This document shows positions 32,702 through 42,890 of a stretch of DNA of 64,000 bases, piece after piece (the stretch's first letter is position 1; each line of letters opens with the position of its first letter). A program made the position numbers and the translations under genes. Source of the stretch: a virus; the IMG/VR virus record IMGVR_UViG_3300050122_000027; one strand, written 5' to 3'. Under the pieces are notes generated by a model. The model ran no database searches. It was not told the origin of the DNA and worked only from the letters and a program-made list of their open reading frames with translations.

Positions 32702-33277
32702 TTAGTATGCGTTGAACGTCCAATAGGCTCCGCTCGCTGCGATCCCAATCATGCTGATTGTGGGATCAAGCAAGGCATCTTGGTGTGCAGGTGATGCCAT
32801 CCACATGGGCCAGACTGTTTGTGCGGCACCCATCCCCGCATTCTGCCTGCGAGCATAGCCCATCACATGATGACCCATGCCAAAAGCGTGTTGTTGTCCG
32901 TTATTGACTGCTGCCCAACCTGAAAGATTGGCGTCGTATCCAACGGCTCCTCGACCGTATTGGCCACGAATACCATTCAACCAGGCAAGGAAACCGTATG
33001 GATCGCCGTAAGCGATTTGAACTGGTTCAGGTTCGTAAATATGATAGGGAACGTACTTCCCCTTCAAGTCGCCTTCGAGAACTTCTGCTGCTTCTGCCCA
33101 ACGTTGCTTGTTCCGCAAGAACGTGAGCTTGACCGGACCTTGTTTGAACTCAGGTCGGCGAAGAGTCCATTCTCCGTTCTTCTCTGTTTCTCCCGGATTG
33201 GGAGCCGTTTCGACTTGCGTCTTCTCCGAGGGTGATTGTGCAATCAACAACGACGCCAAGATCAACGATGAAATCAT
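32702..33277 (-). CDS. exported CAP/SCP-domain protein
   Basis: Signal peptide; LN..R...G....YD..L..WA; WMASPAHQDALL. Confidence 0.75.
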   Translation of the reverse strand: MISSLILASLLIAQSPSEKTQVETAPNPGETEKNGEWTLRRPEFKQGPVKLTFLRNKQRWAEAAEVLEGDLKGKYVPYHIYEPEPVQIAYGDPYGFLAWLNGIRGQYGRGAVGYDANLSGWAAVNNGQQHAFGMGHHVMGYARRQNAGMGAAQTVWPMWMASPAHQDALLDPTISMIGIAASGAYWTFNAY

Positions 33278-33562
33278 CCATTCCTCCGTGGTGTGATAAT
33301 GGCTTACACCATTATCAGGTGAGAATCCAGATTGACACTATTATCAATCCAGATTATCCTTTAAGACGTCCAGTGCTGCAACCAACAACACTGAACGCTT
33401 TGTTCCGCAGAATCTTTTCACTGTTTGTTCACATTGTTGATAGGTGCAATCACCATTTCCAGTGATTGAAACAATCAATTGTGCCAGTGACGCTGCGGTT
33501 TTACAATTAGATAATCCTTCTTGAAAGAGCCCTCGTAGATCAGTAGTCATTACATTGACCTC

Positions 33563-33577
33563 ACACCATCCTGGTGT
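33563..33577 (-). promoter_or_regulatory. CsrA-type GGA hairpin
   Basis: ACACCA-GGA-TGGTGT directly before a GAGG RBS. Confidence 0.6.
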
Positions 33578-33813
33578 TACTTTGACATAACCTCATAGAT
33601 GCCATCAGCAGCGATAGCAACTGTCACCGGGACCATACAAAGGCGAGGATCGAAATCCATACCTTGTAAGTGTTTTGACGCATCTTCCACGTTGGCAAAT
33701 AATCCAACGGGAGTTTGGAACCAAACTTCAAAGGCAAGGATTGGATGTTCCTTGCCTCGAAGCGTGATTGTACGCTCAGGTAGATTGTACATAGTTGCCA
33801 TCGCGTTCGTAGA

Positions 33814-34311
33814 TCACCCGAGGAGCATACTCAGAATGCCCATGAATCGGCTCTTGCTCTCCGCAAGCCGAGCCGCATCGGAAAGCTTCTCAAACGTCTC
33901 CCGATCGAGTTCAGCGAACCGAACGGCCTTGACGTTGTGCTTGCCTTCCGAGAGCACGTCGCCATTGGATCGAGCGACAAACTCCCACATGCTGATAGCG
34001 TAGCCGAGGCAAGCAGTGACCTCATCAACGTCGCCGTCTGAGTTTTCGAGCGTGACGTACATCGCAAAATATTTCCACTCAGTCGGCAGTTCAGGCATAC
34101 TTCGACCAACCCGCCACTTGCAGTCGCACTTGCGACAGACAATCGGCTCGTCATCGACCGTGATGAGATTGTTGATAGTGGTCGGCTTGTCAGAATCATC
34201 ATACTGGAGACCGTAGACGTGGAACTTGTTGCCACAATGGCATTCGACGCGAGTCGTGACATCAGCGACATCAAGGATCGTCATGTTGCCGATCTTGATC
34301 GGAGTGTTCAT
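33814..34311 (-). CDS. hypothetical protein with Zn-ribbon-like Cys pairs
   Basis: CHCG...CRKC; GAGGA RBS. Confidence 0.5.
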   Translation of the reverse strand: MNTPIKIGNMTILDVADVTTRVECHCGNKFHVYGLQYDDSDKPTTINNLITVDDEPIVCRKCDCKWRVGRSMPELPTEWKYFAMYVTLENSDGDVDEVTACLGYAISMWEFVARSNGDVLSEGKHNVKAVRFAELDRETFEKLSDAARLAESKSRFMGILSMLLG

Positions 34312-34339
34312 TGAAATAGTCCTCGTTCGATTTGAATAA

Positions 34340-34825
34340 TCAGTCGTGCCGATGCTCAATGACATTCAATTGAGCAAACTCTTTGAATAAGTTGATTGCC
34401 GCAATGTTGTACGCTTCAGCTGCACAACAATCATAATCAAAATAGCCGAGTCCTTGTCCATGATTGTCAACTGTAATTTTCGCGACCCATTGTTGGGTTC
34501 GTGTATACCAGCTAACACCTATGTATGGACTTGTGTTGCCTGAACTATTCTTATTGCGACTATTTTGTTGGTTTGTCGCAATTCTAAGATTCGTTCTTTG
34601 GCAATCTAGTCTATTAAGATTACGGTGATCAACTTGTCGGCCTGGAATCCAAATACCCATTGATTTTGCAATTTCAACATGCAAATAAATATGGGTATTT
34701 GTTGCCTTGTGTCCGCGTCGAGCATATTTATCTGTGCCAAATGACCAAAGCCATTGTGCATGATAATTATAATCAAGTTGGTCAAGCAAGACTTCCTTGC
34801 CTCGTGTTAATAAGATACGAGCCAT
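34340..34825 (-). CDS. HNH-AP2 endonuclease, DC variant
   Basis: VDHRNLNRLDCQRTNLR; AP2-like C-terminus. Confidence 0.8.
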   Translation of the reverse strand: MARILLTRGKEVLLDQLDYNYHAQWLWSFGTDKYARRGHKATNTHIYLHVEIAKSMGIWIPGRQVDHRNLNRLDCQRTNLRIATNQQNSRNKNSSGNTSPYIGVSWYTRTQQWVAKITVDNHGQGLGYFDYDCCAAEAYNIAAINLFKEFAQLNVIEHRHD

Positions 34826-35009
34826 TACTGCTCCGGCTCGAATTCAAGGGGCTCCCAACCGTTGTCTTCTGCCGCGACCATCCATGAAAGCTTATCATAA
34901 GCTTTGGCCACCGCCTCCTGAAGTGCTACCGTGCGATCAAGTCGATAGGCCCTGCAAGCAATGACATACTCTCTTGCAGCGGCGGCGATGGCATCCTTGT
35001 ACTCCAATA

Positions 35010-35237
35010 TCAATTCAGATTCTCCGATCCTGGCAATCTCCATTCGAGATTATTACGCCGATTATCGTGAACGTTACCGTTCTTGTAAGCAAGACGGTGC
35101 TCTGGTGTTGGCCTTGGACGACCGTGTTTGGTGAGTATCATCTCACCCATCAGGAGACAAATCCTTTTGTCATCCTGAGTAACAACAGTGTAGATGTAGT
35201 GCTTGCCCTCCTCAAGCTCTGGCGGAATAATCAGCAT
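35010..35237 (-). CDS. degenerate HNH-like small protein
   Basis: RPTPEHRLAYKNGNVHDNRRNNLEW with the catalytic His replaced by Tyr. Confidence 0.5.
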   Translation of the reverse strand: MLIIPPELEEGKHYIYTVVTQDDKRICLLMGEMILTKHGRPRPTPEHRLAYKNGNVHDNRRNNLEWRLPGSENLN

Positions 35238-35247
35238 ACATCCTTCC

Positions 35248-35739
35248 TCAAGGGATCTGATTGAGATAAGCAAATTCGCCAAATAAACGAATTGCAGCAT
35301 CATTGTAAGCTAATGCAGCTTCTTCTGGTGTGTCAAAGTAACCCAATCGTGTCTTGTGTCTTTCATAAATAATAGTTGCAATAAATTTTCTAGTTCTCGT
35401 ATCGAATTGAACACCTTTGTAGCCAGTCCTATTATTTGATCTGAGACCAGTATTATAATTGTTTTGTGTATATGTAGCGACTCGCAAGTTGTATCTTTGA
35501 TTATTCAATGTGTTACGGTCAGTATGATCAACCAATCTACCAAAGATTGGAAGATCCATTCTTTCTGCAATTACTCTAGCAAGATAAATAATTTGTTTGC
35601 TAGAGCCTATTCGTTGTGACCTCGTGATATACGTTCGATTCTTAATAATATTTGTATTCCAACTGTGACGATCGACGACATCGAAATCGATGTCGTCGAT
35701 CAGGAAAATATGCCCACTGCTTGCAATAATCTCTCTCAT
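35248..35739 (-). CDS. HNH-AP2 homing endonuclease
   Basis: VDHTDRNTLNNQRYNLR; TGYKGV; EEAALAYNDAA. Confidence 0.85.
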   Translation of the reverse strand: MREIIASSGHIFLIDDIDFDVVDRHSWNTNIIKNRTYITRSQRIGSSKQIIYLARVIAERMDLPIFGRLVDHTDRNTLNNQRYNLRVATYTQNNYNTGLRSNNRTGYKGVQFDTRTRKFIATIIYERHKTRLGYFDTPEEAALAYNDAAIRLFGEFAYLNQIP

Positions 35740-37265
35740 TTTTCTCCTGGCTCTTTGAGAATAGTATACAACTCCTGCTGGCTGCGGGTAATCATAACAA
35801 ACAGAAGATTCTTCTCCTGTTTACGAGCGCGGTCAGATTTCGCTCGAGGGTGCGGGCAGAGATCCCGTCGCAGCAAGAACACCCTCATTGCTTCAAGACC
35901 TTTCGCCTTGTGCCCCGTCATGAAGGTGACGCCATCGCTGTTCTGATCGCTGAAGACTCGTTCGATCTTCAAGATCAACTGTGCGACGAAATCGCACTCT
36001 TCCGCAAGAGCTTCAAGTGTGTCGCATTTATCAGTCAACGCCACCAACTGCTCGTCCTTGCCCATTGCCTCGAAGCGTGCGGATTGCTCTCCTCGGTAAC
36101 GGCCAAGATCATTCAGAAGTTTCTGAATGTCGCTGATTGCTGGTTGTCTGCCGCTTGCAAGGTCATTGTAGTCCCGCTTGAGGGAGAACTTGTTCTGATG
36201 GATCTTCTCAATCAGGTCGACAAGGCCATTGCCGAGATCACGACCCTTGACGCTCGCCTTGCGACCCTGGCGGATCAGTTGAAGGCAACGTGTGACCAGC
36301 GGTGCCGTTGTGCGGCAGAGAACGAAATCTCCATCACGAACATCTGTCAGGAACTCTTGTGTGGTGATGGTTGCCACAATCCCTTTGCCGTTGGGATTGG
36401 GAACCGGAGCCTCGATGTTCGGATTGATCTTCTTCGCTTCCGCGATCACGTCGTCCGGGCAGCGGTAGCAGATTGGCAATGGCAATGCGGTGGCCTTGAG
36501 CATGGCAGCCGCATTCCGCAGTGCATCCGAATCTGCTCCTCGAAATCCGTAGATGGCTTGCCATTCGTCGCCCACGATGGCGACTCGACCGGCCGATCCG
36601 AGGCGTCCGACGAACTCGATCTGAACCGGACTGAGATCCTGTCCTTCGTCCACGATCACCCAATCGTAGTACGGCAGCGGGCTGTTGCGATAGATCGGCT
36701 GGAAGAGCTGATCGTCGTAATCCATGCTGTGCGTCGTGTTGATCGTCTCGTCGTAGACGCCAGCGAGGATCATGTCGAAGCGATCGTGCGGGCCGAAGGG
36801 TGGGATCTCAATTCCGCAGAGATCCGCCACATCCATGTAGCCTTCAGTATCATGCTTGTTAAAAGCACGAAGAGCCGAGACCATCCGAAGCACGGTGCCG
36901 CGAACCTTCCAATATCGCGGGGCATCGAATTCGGGATTGCAGATCGTCTTCAGAATCTTGTCGACCTTGTCTTTGACAAGCACGACGCTTCGATTGATGC
37001 TCTCCCGGCAGACACTCCAGCCCGCCGAATTGAGCGTGCTGGATTGTACATGCCTCGGAACCTTTGTCTTCAGCGTGGCTGCAATAGCTGAATTGAAGGC
37101 CAGCATAATAATCTTGTCAGTCGTCGGAAGTTGACTGGCGAGTTCAACCATCGTGGTTGTTTTGCCGCTGCCCGGACCTGCTTCTATTATCAGGTTGCCT
37201 GGTTGTTCCGTCGGAAAACGGAAGATAGCTTGTTGGTAGTGTGACCACTGGCGTTCGATTGTCAC
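35736..37265 (-). CDS. UvrD/Rep SF1 helicase
   Basis: AGPGSGKT, LAFN, VDEGQD, VGDEWQAIYGFRGA, TGHKAKGLE, VMITR. Confidence 0.92.
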   Translation of the reverse strand: MTIERQWSHYQQAIFRFPTEQPGNLIIEAGPGSGKTTTMVELASQLPTTDKIIMLAFNSAIAATLKTKVPRHVQSSTLNSAGWSVCRESINRSVVLVKDKVDKILKTICNPEFDAPRYWKVRGTVLRMVSALRAFNKHDTEGYMDVADLCGIEIPPFGPHDRFDMILAGVYDETINTTHSMDYDDQLFQPIYRNSPLPYYDWVIVDEGQDLSPVQIEFVGRLGSAGRVAIVGDEWQAIYGFRGADSDALRNAAAMLKATALPLPICYRCPDDVIAEAKKINPNIEAPVPNPNGKGIVATITTQEFLTDVRDGDFVLCRTTAPLVTRCLQLIRQGRKASVKGRDLGNGLVDLIEKIHQNKFSLKRDYNDLASGRQPAISDIQKLLNDLGRYRGEQSARFEAMGKDEQLVALTDKCDTLEALAEECDFVAQLILKIERVFSDQNSDGVTFMTGHKAKGLEAMRVFLLRRDLCPHPRAKSDRARKQEKNLLFVMITRSQQELYTILKEPGEK

Positions 37266-37753
37266 GATCCGGACTCCTCAATAAAGTGTTCGCAAGGCTC
37301 GACAATATTCAAGACGGCAAACTCTTTGAATATGTTGATTGCAGCATTGTTGTAAATTCGTGCAGCACAATGCTTGCATCGAGAATACCCCAACGGATTA
37401 GTTACATTGTGTGAAATAATACGAATCTGCCATTGTTGTGATTTCATCTGCCATTTCACACCAATATAACCACTTGATCCACGTTGCGTTTCTCGATTGA
37501 CCGTGGTTTGTTGTTGTGTTGCGACTCTTAAGTTTTGACGGCGACAATCAAGTTTGTTAAGATTCTTGTGATCCACTTCAAGTCCCGCAATCCATATCCC
37601 CATATCCTTTGCAATTTCAACGTGCAAGAAGATATTTTTTCCGTTCTGCTTTCTAATAGCATAGCCACTATATCGCCACAAATAAATGGCATGCTTGGCA
37701 TAATCAATTTCATCAAGTAAGGCTTCTTTGCCTTGGGTTAATAATATACGCAT
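37262..37753 (-). CDS. HNH-AP2 endonuclease, DC variant
   Basis: VDHKNLNKLDCRRQNLR; CKHCAA. Confidence 0.8.
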   Translation of the reverse strand: MRILLTQGKEALLDEIDYAKHAIYLWRYSGYAIRKQNGKNIFLHVEIAKDMGIWIAGLEVDHKNLNKLDCRRQNLRVATQQQTTVNRETQRGSSGYIGVKWQMKSQQWQIRIISHNVTNPLGYSRCKHCAARIYNNAAINIFKEFAVLNIVEPCEHFIEESGS

Positions 37754-37802
37754 GCCCAATCCAATCAGGTTGCCGTTCCTTGTTAGAAACACTGGCAAAC
37801 CT

Positions 37803-37832
37803 ATTGTACCATGATTCAGCCCGACCATACAA
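37803..37832 (-). promoter_or_regulatory. sigma70 promoter
   Basis: TTGTAT-N18-TACAAT with TG. Confidence 0.65.
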
Positions 37833-38420
37833 TAGGATTTGCGATAGTGGCCGAATAATGAGAATTAAAAGAAACATGCCAACTATTGATTGGATTATCA
37901 ATCTACATGAATACCTTTTGACTCCAAATAGTTACAATCCATGTAATCGTCCATGATATTGGATTGTAAAAGCTTCTCCGAGATTCGGATTATAAAATTC
38001 CTTTTGAATAATGTCTTGTTGTCGGCAAATTTCTGTCCATTCGGCCATTGTTATCCGGCCTTCAGGTTTGGCTCCTCGACCAAGAATCTCAAGAGCAGTC
38101 TCAACGCCTTTGGATCTTACCAAGCAGCTATTGAATGTTGTGATACATTGCTGACAAGGAAGATTCTCACCGCGATGTAGCTCACAGTATCCTTGGCCCC
38201 AATGCCACTTCTCAGAATCAATCATAGTTGTGGCTTTCGTGTCCGCCAGGTTTCCATCTTTTGCAATTCAGTAATTCGCTCACGCATTTGCTGTACAGTT
38301 GTACAATTCTTACCAGATTCATTGATCTGTTTGAGGTTAGTAAGATGATGCTTGATTGACGCAATCCGATCCTTTGGAATGCGTTCATTCAATTTAGTCA
38401 ACATATCGTCACTTGCCATA

Positions 38421-38990
38421 TTATCTCCGAATGATTGCCACGAGCTTGATACCAGCAGCCTTACAAGCCTGATAACGCATCCAACCGTCAACGAGATAAT
38501 ACTCCTGATCCAAGATCAAGGGCTGTGTGTATTGATGTTCTTGTGCAGAGATCGTACCAGCAGAGAAACTGGCCCTTCGATCCTTCTGACTTGGACGAAT
38601 CCGAATCATCTCAATATCAATGACTTCAACTCGCTGTCGATTGGCAGGAGCAATCTTTTGACAATCGAGACAAGTGCGAACGGTAGTTGGACCAATCATC
38701 TCAAGCGTCGTGTGCTTGATCTGTTTGCAATTTTCGCATTGCTCGTTGTCACGCGGAACCCATTCATCTGGCATATCACACCTAATAATTGGGACGTAAG
38801 TGATACCTGATTCTAAATAGGCTCGATACCGCATCCAGCCTGCAATAAGATTGTACTTGTCATCGATCGTAATAGGAAGCGGTGTTGTTAAAATAGTTTG
38901 CTTTATGCGTTCAAGATCCGCATAAATTTGTCTTCTTTCGCTTCTACGTTTGTGAATTCGGATTCTTGAAATAAGTATGTATTCGATCAT
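38421..38990 (-). CDS. tandem ParB-like domain protein with central Cys pairs
   Basis: PITIDDKYNLIAGWMRY.A and PLILDQEYYLVDGWMRY.A, separated by CENC...CLDC. Confidence 0.65.
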   Translation of the reverse strand: MIEYILISRIRIHKRRSERRQIYADLERIKQTILTTPLPITIDDKYNLIAGWMRYRAYLESGITYVPIIRCDMPDEWVPRDNEQCENCKQIKHTTLEMIGPTTVRTCLDCQKIAPANRQRVEVIDIEMIRIRPSQKDRRASFSAGTISAQEHQYTQPLILDQEYYLVDGWMRYQACKAAGIKLVAIIRR

Positions 38991-39457
38991 GACTCTTGGA
39001 AATAATCAAAAGTTGCTGTCCAATAATCATTGCCATCCGTGCCAGTTGATGATCCCAATCCAACGAGATCATAACTACCAAGCATATTAGCCCGGTGTGG
39101 TGGGCTGTTGATCCATTGCTGGACAACATCCTGTGCATCCGTGTATTGATTGTATTCAACGTTTTCGGCCGCTGCTGTGTTCGGATGTACGGCTTCAATA
39201 CGTTGAGCAAAACCATCGTGATCAATACGTTGCTGTCTTGCCATGTCAACAGAATGGGCTTGTGCTTGTGCAGCTAAGCCAGGATCGTATGCAAGTTGTA
39301 CGAGACCCTTGCTTTTACGAAACGTATTGATCTGTTGAAATACTTCAGTGACTAACGATTGCGGGAGCGGGCTCGGTGGCGTCACCGGGCTTGGTGGCGT
39401 CACCGGACTCGGTGGGCTCGGATGCCATAGATTGTGCCACCATTGCCAAGGGTTCAT
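38987..39457 (-). CDS. CAP/SCP (YkwD-like) domain protein
   Basis: INTFR...L.YD..LAAQAQAHSVDMA...HDG...AENV...WINSPPHRANML; PPSPVT repeats. Confidence 0.85.
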   Translation of the reverse strand: MNPWQWWHNLWHPSPPSPVTPPSPVTPPSPLPQSLVTEVFQQINTFRKSKGLVQLAYDPGLAAQAQAHSVDMARQQRIDHDGFAQRIEAVHPNTAAAENVEYNQYTDAQDVVQQWINSPPHRANMLGSYDLVGLGSSTGTDGNDYWTATFDYFQES

Positions 39458-39911
39458 TGGTTAGTCCCTCAAACATATGATACAAAACAGTGCCGAACGT
39501 AAATGACGTGACATACATCATGTCATCCGGCACTATTTGTCCGTATGTGAAACATTGAAAATTCCGTGTCTCCATTGGATTGGCATAATCGCCAAGGAAA
39601 TGGAGAAGCACATGCCACTTATCATCCTCTAAGGAAAGGATATGTGATCCTTGTGGCATGGCTATACTGAAAGGAAAACTCTGCGTAATCTGTACACGAG
39701 CAATAGATTGCATATTAGTGCATCTGCATCCGAATAAAGTTGATAACGATGATCCCGACGACCAACAACACCACGATTCCTGCAATCCGATATGCGATTT
39801 CAGGAATCGGAAGTTTCATTGCCCGGATGATCATGTACGCAATGCCGCAAATGGCTGCCGCACACAGCAGCCAAATTGCCAATCCACCAATGTCGGCCGG
39901 AAGTACCATGA

Positions 39912-40403
39912 TCAACTCCTATGTTCGCAAGGTTCAACGTTGTTCAGAATCGCAAATTCCTTGAAAGCATTGATAGCAACTCTATCCCGTTCGATTGCAG
40001 CACAATGCTTGCAGTTAAATGTGCCTAGACTAATTGTAATTCTATTCAACCTAATATGAGCTTCCCAACATTGTGTTGTTCCATATCGACGAACACCTAA
40101 ATACCCGCTCTCTCCTCGTTGGGTTTCTGTATTTGCATTGTTTTGTTGTCTTGTTGCCATTCTTAGATTTTGACGTTGACAATCAAGCTTGTTACGATTC
40201 TTATGATCAACTTGAAGTTCTGGAATCCAAATGCCCATATCCTTGACAATTTCGACATGCAACAAAACGATTTTTCTGTCTTCAACTCTACGAGCATAGC
40301 CTCCAGTAATGTCCTTTTTGTAATACCAAAGCTTCTGTGCTTGCTTGATATAATCAATTTCATCAAGCAAGACTTCCCGGCTTTGTGTAAGCAAGATTCT
40401 CAT
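39912..40403 (-). CDS. HNH-AP2 endonuclease, DC variant
   Basis: VDHKNRNKLDCQRQNLR; CKHCAA. Confidence 0.8.
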   Translation of the reverse strand: MRILLTQSREVLLDEIDYIKQAQKLWYYKKDITGGYARRVEDRKIVLLHVEIVKDMGIWIPELQVDHKNRNKLDCQRQNLRMATRQQNNANTETQRGESGYLGVRRYGTTQCWEAHIRLNRITISLGTFNCKHCAAIERDRVAINAFKEFAILNNVEPCEHRS

Positions 40404-41217
40404 TGAAATATCCTACTTACAATGCTCGTCAATATACGCTTCCAGTCGCGTGATCCAGCCGTGGCCGCTCAATACGATTGCATGAATCTCAGACCAAGGG
40501 CGAGATTGCAACTGCTTGTATTGTACCATGTTCACTCGTGAGCCTTGAAACAAAGCCCACAAGGATGTGTATGTTCTTGAAGCCATTTCAGCTTCGGCTT
40601 GTGCAGCACGAAGTTTGATAGCTTCTTCCTCGTTATAAACGAGTTCGAGATTGTCAATATGGATGATCTGAAACCAAAGCCAGATGCCATCCTTGAATCG
40701 CTTGAGGCAATCATCCTTCATGGCTTGGAAGTCATCGCCTTTATACTGAAATGATTCCCAGCCACGGCAATCATTCTGTCCTGCAAGGACAATATACATA
40801 CGATCTCCGATTGGAATAATCAGTCTTCGATCACGATACCTTCTTGTGAATGGAACTCTTTGTCATACAATGCAACGGCTTCACCCTCATTGATCTCTGC
40901 GATCTGACAAAGAGAATTCAATCGTCGATGGATGATCTTAATGGTTTCCACGAGAGTAAGCTTGCAATAGCCAGTTTTCTTGCAATGGTTCCAGATGATC
41001 GGGACAGTCGTCGGGGCATATTCATGGTGTGTGACGTAGTGGCCTTGTTCCTGAACCTCAATGCGAACCGCCCATGACAATTCCTCACTGTCGCAATCAA
41101 CACTAATGACGACATCGAATCTCTCATTATAAAAGTGAAGAAGCCATTCAAGTTCGCTCTTGACAAAATGCTCTTCTTCTCCAAGAGAATCGTGTTGTTC
41201 TTGTACAATATTCCGCA

Positions 41218-41754
41218 TTAGGGTCGTAGCCTCTGGTGTAAATAAGGTAATCCGCTTGCCACAAGCGAATAGTTGCTATTCCATATCCTTGGATAAAGAA
41301 TGCCGCGACCACCACCTACGTTGAAAGCATCAATATTCTTATCCCAATCATCGATCAGGATACTATTCGGTGTAGCTAGGAAATGTTTGGCGGGGCCGAG
41401 TAGAAAATTGTCCAGATATTCTGGAAGATTCTTCTCAATCCAACCGATCTTTCCACCTGCACCTTTGGAATGGAAACCAACATAATACGGTGTACGTGAG
41501 ATCAGACAAATATCTTTCTTGTCGAAACACGATTCGATGATTGCCAGGATCTCTCTACCATCCGGCATGAATGGTAGATCAACCCAAAACTGTTCTGTCA
41601 TACCGTCCCAAAATCTTTCGATTGGGAAATCATACACTGTAGGCATATCATATATGCCTACAGGCCACGGCTTATTTAACGTGATACCATGTAACTTTTC
41701 CCAACCAGAAATGAAATTGACGAGCACACCATCAAGATCAACAAGACATCTCAT
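41218..41754 (-). CDS. HAD-family 5'(3')-deoxyribonucleotidase-like
   Basis: VDLDGVLVNF, GKIGWI, LIDDW. Confidence 0.8.
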   Translation of the reverse strand: MRCLVDLDGVLVNFISGWEKLHGITLNKPWPVGIYDMPTVYDFPIERFWDGMTEQFWVDLPFMPDGREILAIIESCFDKKDICLISRTPYYVGFHSKGAGGKIGWIEKNLPEYLDNFLLGPAKHFLATPNSILIDDWDKNIDAFNVGGGRGILYPRIWNSNYSLVASGLPYLHQRLRP

Positions 41755-41866
41755 ATGTATTCCTATCAGGGCTCTGTGTCGTCCAGAGCCCTTCGTGAAT
41801 GTGATAGTGGCGATCAATTTGTGTATTGTGTAAAGACGAGCCTCGGTTTAAATGAGGTACTACGTT

Positions 41867-42094
41867 AGATGCCTCTTTCTTATTAGGTGACATCTCTCCG
41901 GCACTACAACGGATCATCCGTTGAGTCGGATCGAGACTGACGGCCGGGGCCGACGAGCGCTCAAGTGCAATCATTGGTGTCATGGTGGCAAGCCACCGGA
42001 GATGCTCGATTACGCATCTGAGCCTTTCTAGCCTTTAAGGAAGGCTGTTAGGAGTTTCGGATCTATATCCAATATCTACTGACCACGTCAGTAG
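41867..42094 (-). ncRNA. hairpin-dense intergenic RNA candidate
   Basis: At least eight contiguous stems, e.g. CTACTGAC/GTCAGTAG, AGATGC/GCATCT, GGTGGC/GCCACC, CAACGGA/TCCGTTG; no credible ORF. Confidence 0.5.
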
Positions 42095-42369
42095 TTAGGA
42101 TCGGTAACCTTCGCTGATGATCTCGTCATCTTCGATCTTGACGGTCTCTCCACCATACCGCCGCAGTCCGTAGCCCGCTCCTGTTCGCATGTCGCCGAAC
42201 TGCTTGGTCAATCGTTCGTCGATGGCTTGCGACCCTGTACTGTATGAGCCCATATGAAGGCTCTTTTCGTACATCTCACGATCGAAGTCTTTGACGAGTT
42301 CCGATCGTTCAGGCGGAATACGTGGTTCGGGATTTGGCTTCTTGTAATCATAGGGCACGTTCAAGTCTC

Positions 42370-42849
42370 CTAATGATTGTGGTCATCTGGTACTGTATTC
42401 GGGATAAATCTATCCTTGAATACATTTACTGCTACACGATTCCATTCTTGTGCAGCACAATGCTCACAATCAAATTCCCCAAGTCGGAAATTAGACTTGT
42501 TCGTTTTGATTTGACAAAGCCATTTTCTTCTTGTACTGTCCCAACTAACACCACGATACTCGGACGTACCGCCAAGAGCATGGATATTTGCTTTATTTTG
42601 TTTGCGTGTTGCTGGCCTAAGATTGTGTCTTTGACAATCCAAAGGATTCAGATTCTTGTGGTCAACTTCTTGACCAGGAATCCAAATCTCCATATCTTTT
42701 GCAATTTCAACATGCAAAAAGATAAGGCCAACTTGCCGCCTATAAGCATAGCCAGATGTAGTATAACACCACAAATGCTGTGCTTGCTTTTTATAATCAA
42801 CTTCATCAACAATAGCTTCTTTGTGGCGTGTCAATAATATAATTGGCAT
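42370..42849 (-). CDS. HNH-AP2 endonuclease, DC variant
   Basis: VDHKNLNPLDCQRHNLR; CEHCAA. Confidence 0.8.
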   Translation of the reverse strand: MPIILLTRHKEAIVDEVDYKKQAQHLWCYTTSGYAYRRQVGLIFLHVEIAKDMEIWIPGQEVDHKNLNPLDCQRHNLRPATRKQNKANIHALGGTSEYRGVSWDSTRRKWLCQIKTNKSNFRLGEFDCEHCAAQEWNRVAVNVFKDRFIPNTVPDDHNH

Positions 42850-42867
42850 TTGTTCCTCAAATAAGGT

Positions 42868-42883
42868 AGGGCATCCTTGCCCT
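42868..42883 (-). promoter_or_regulatory. CsrA-type GGA hairpin
   Basis: AGGGCA-AGGA-TGCCCT in the HNH leader. Confidence 0.6.
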
Positions 42884-42890
42884 TGTGGCA

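Noticed and set aside
34340-42849. Diversity-generating retroelement (TR/VR) among similar HNH genes
   Set aside because: There is no reverse transcriptase, and the differences are not adenine-specific.
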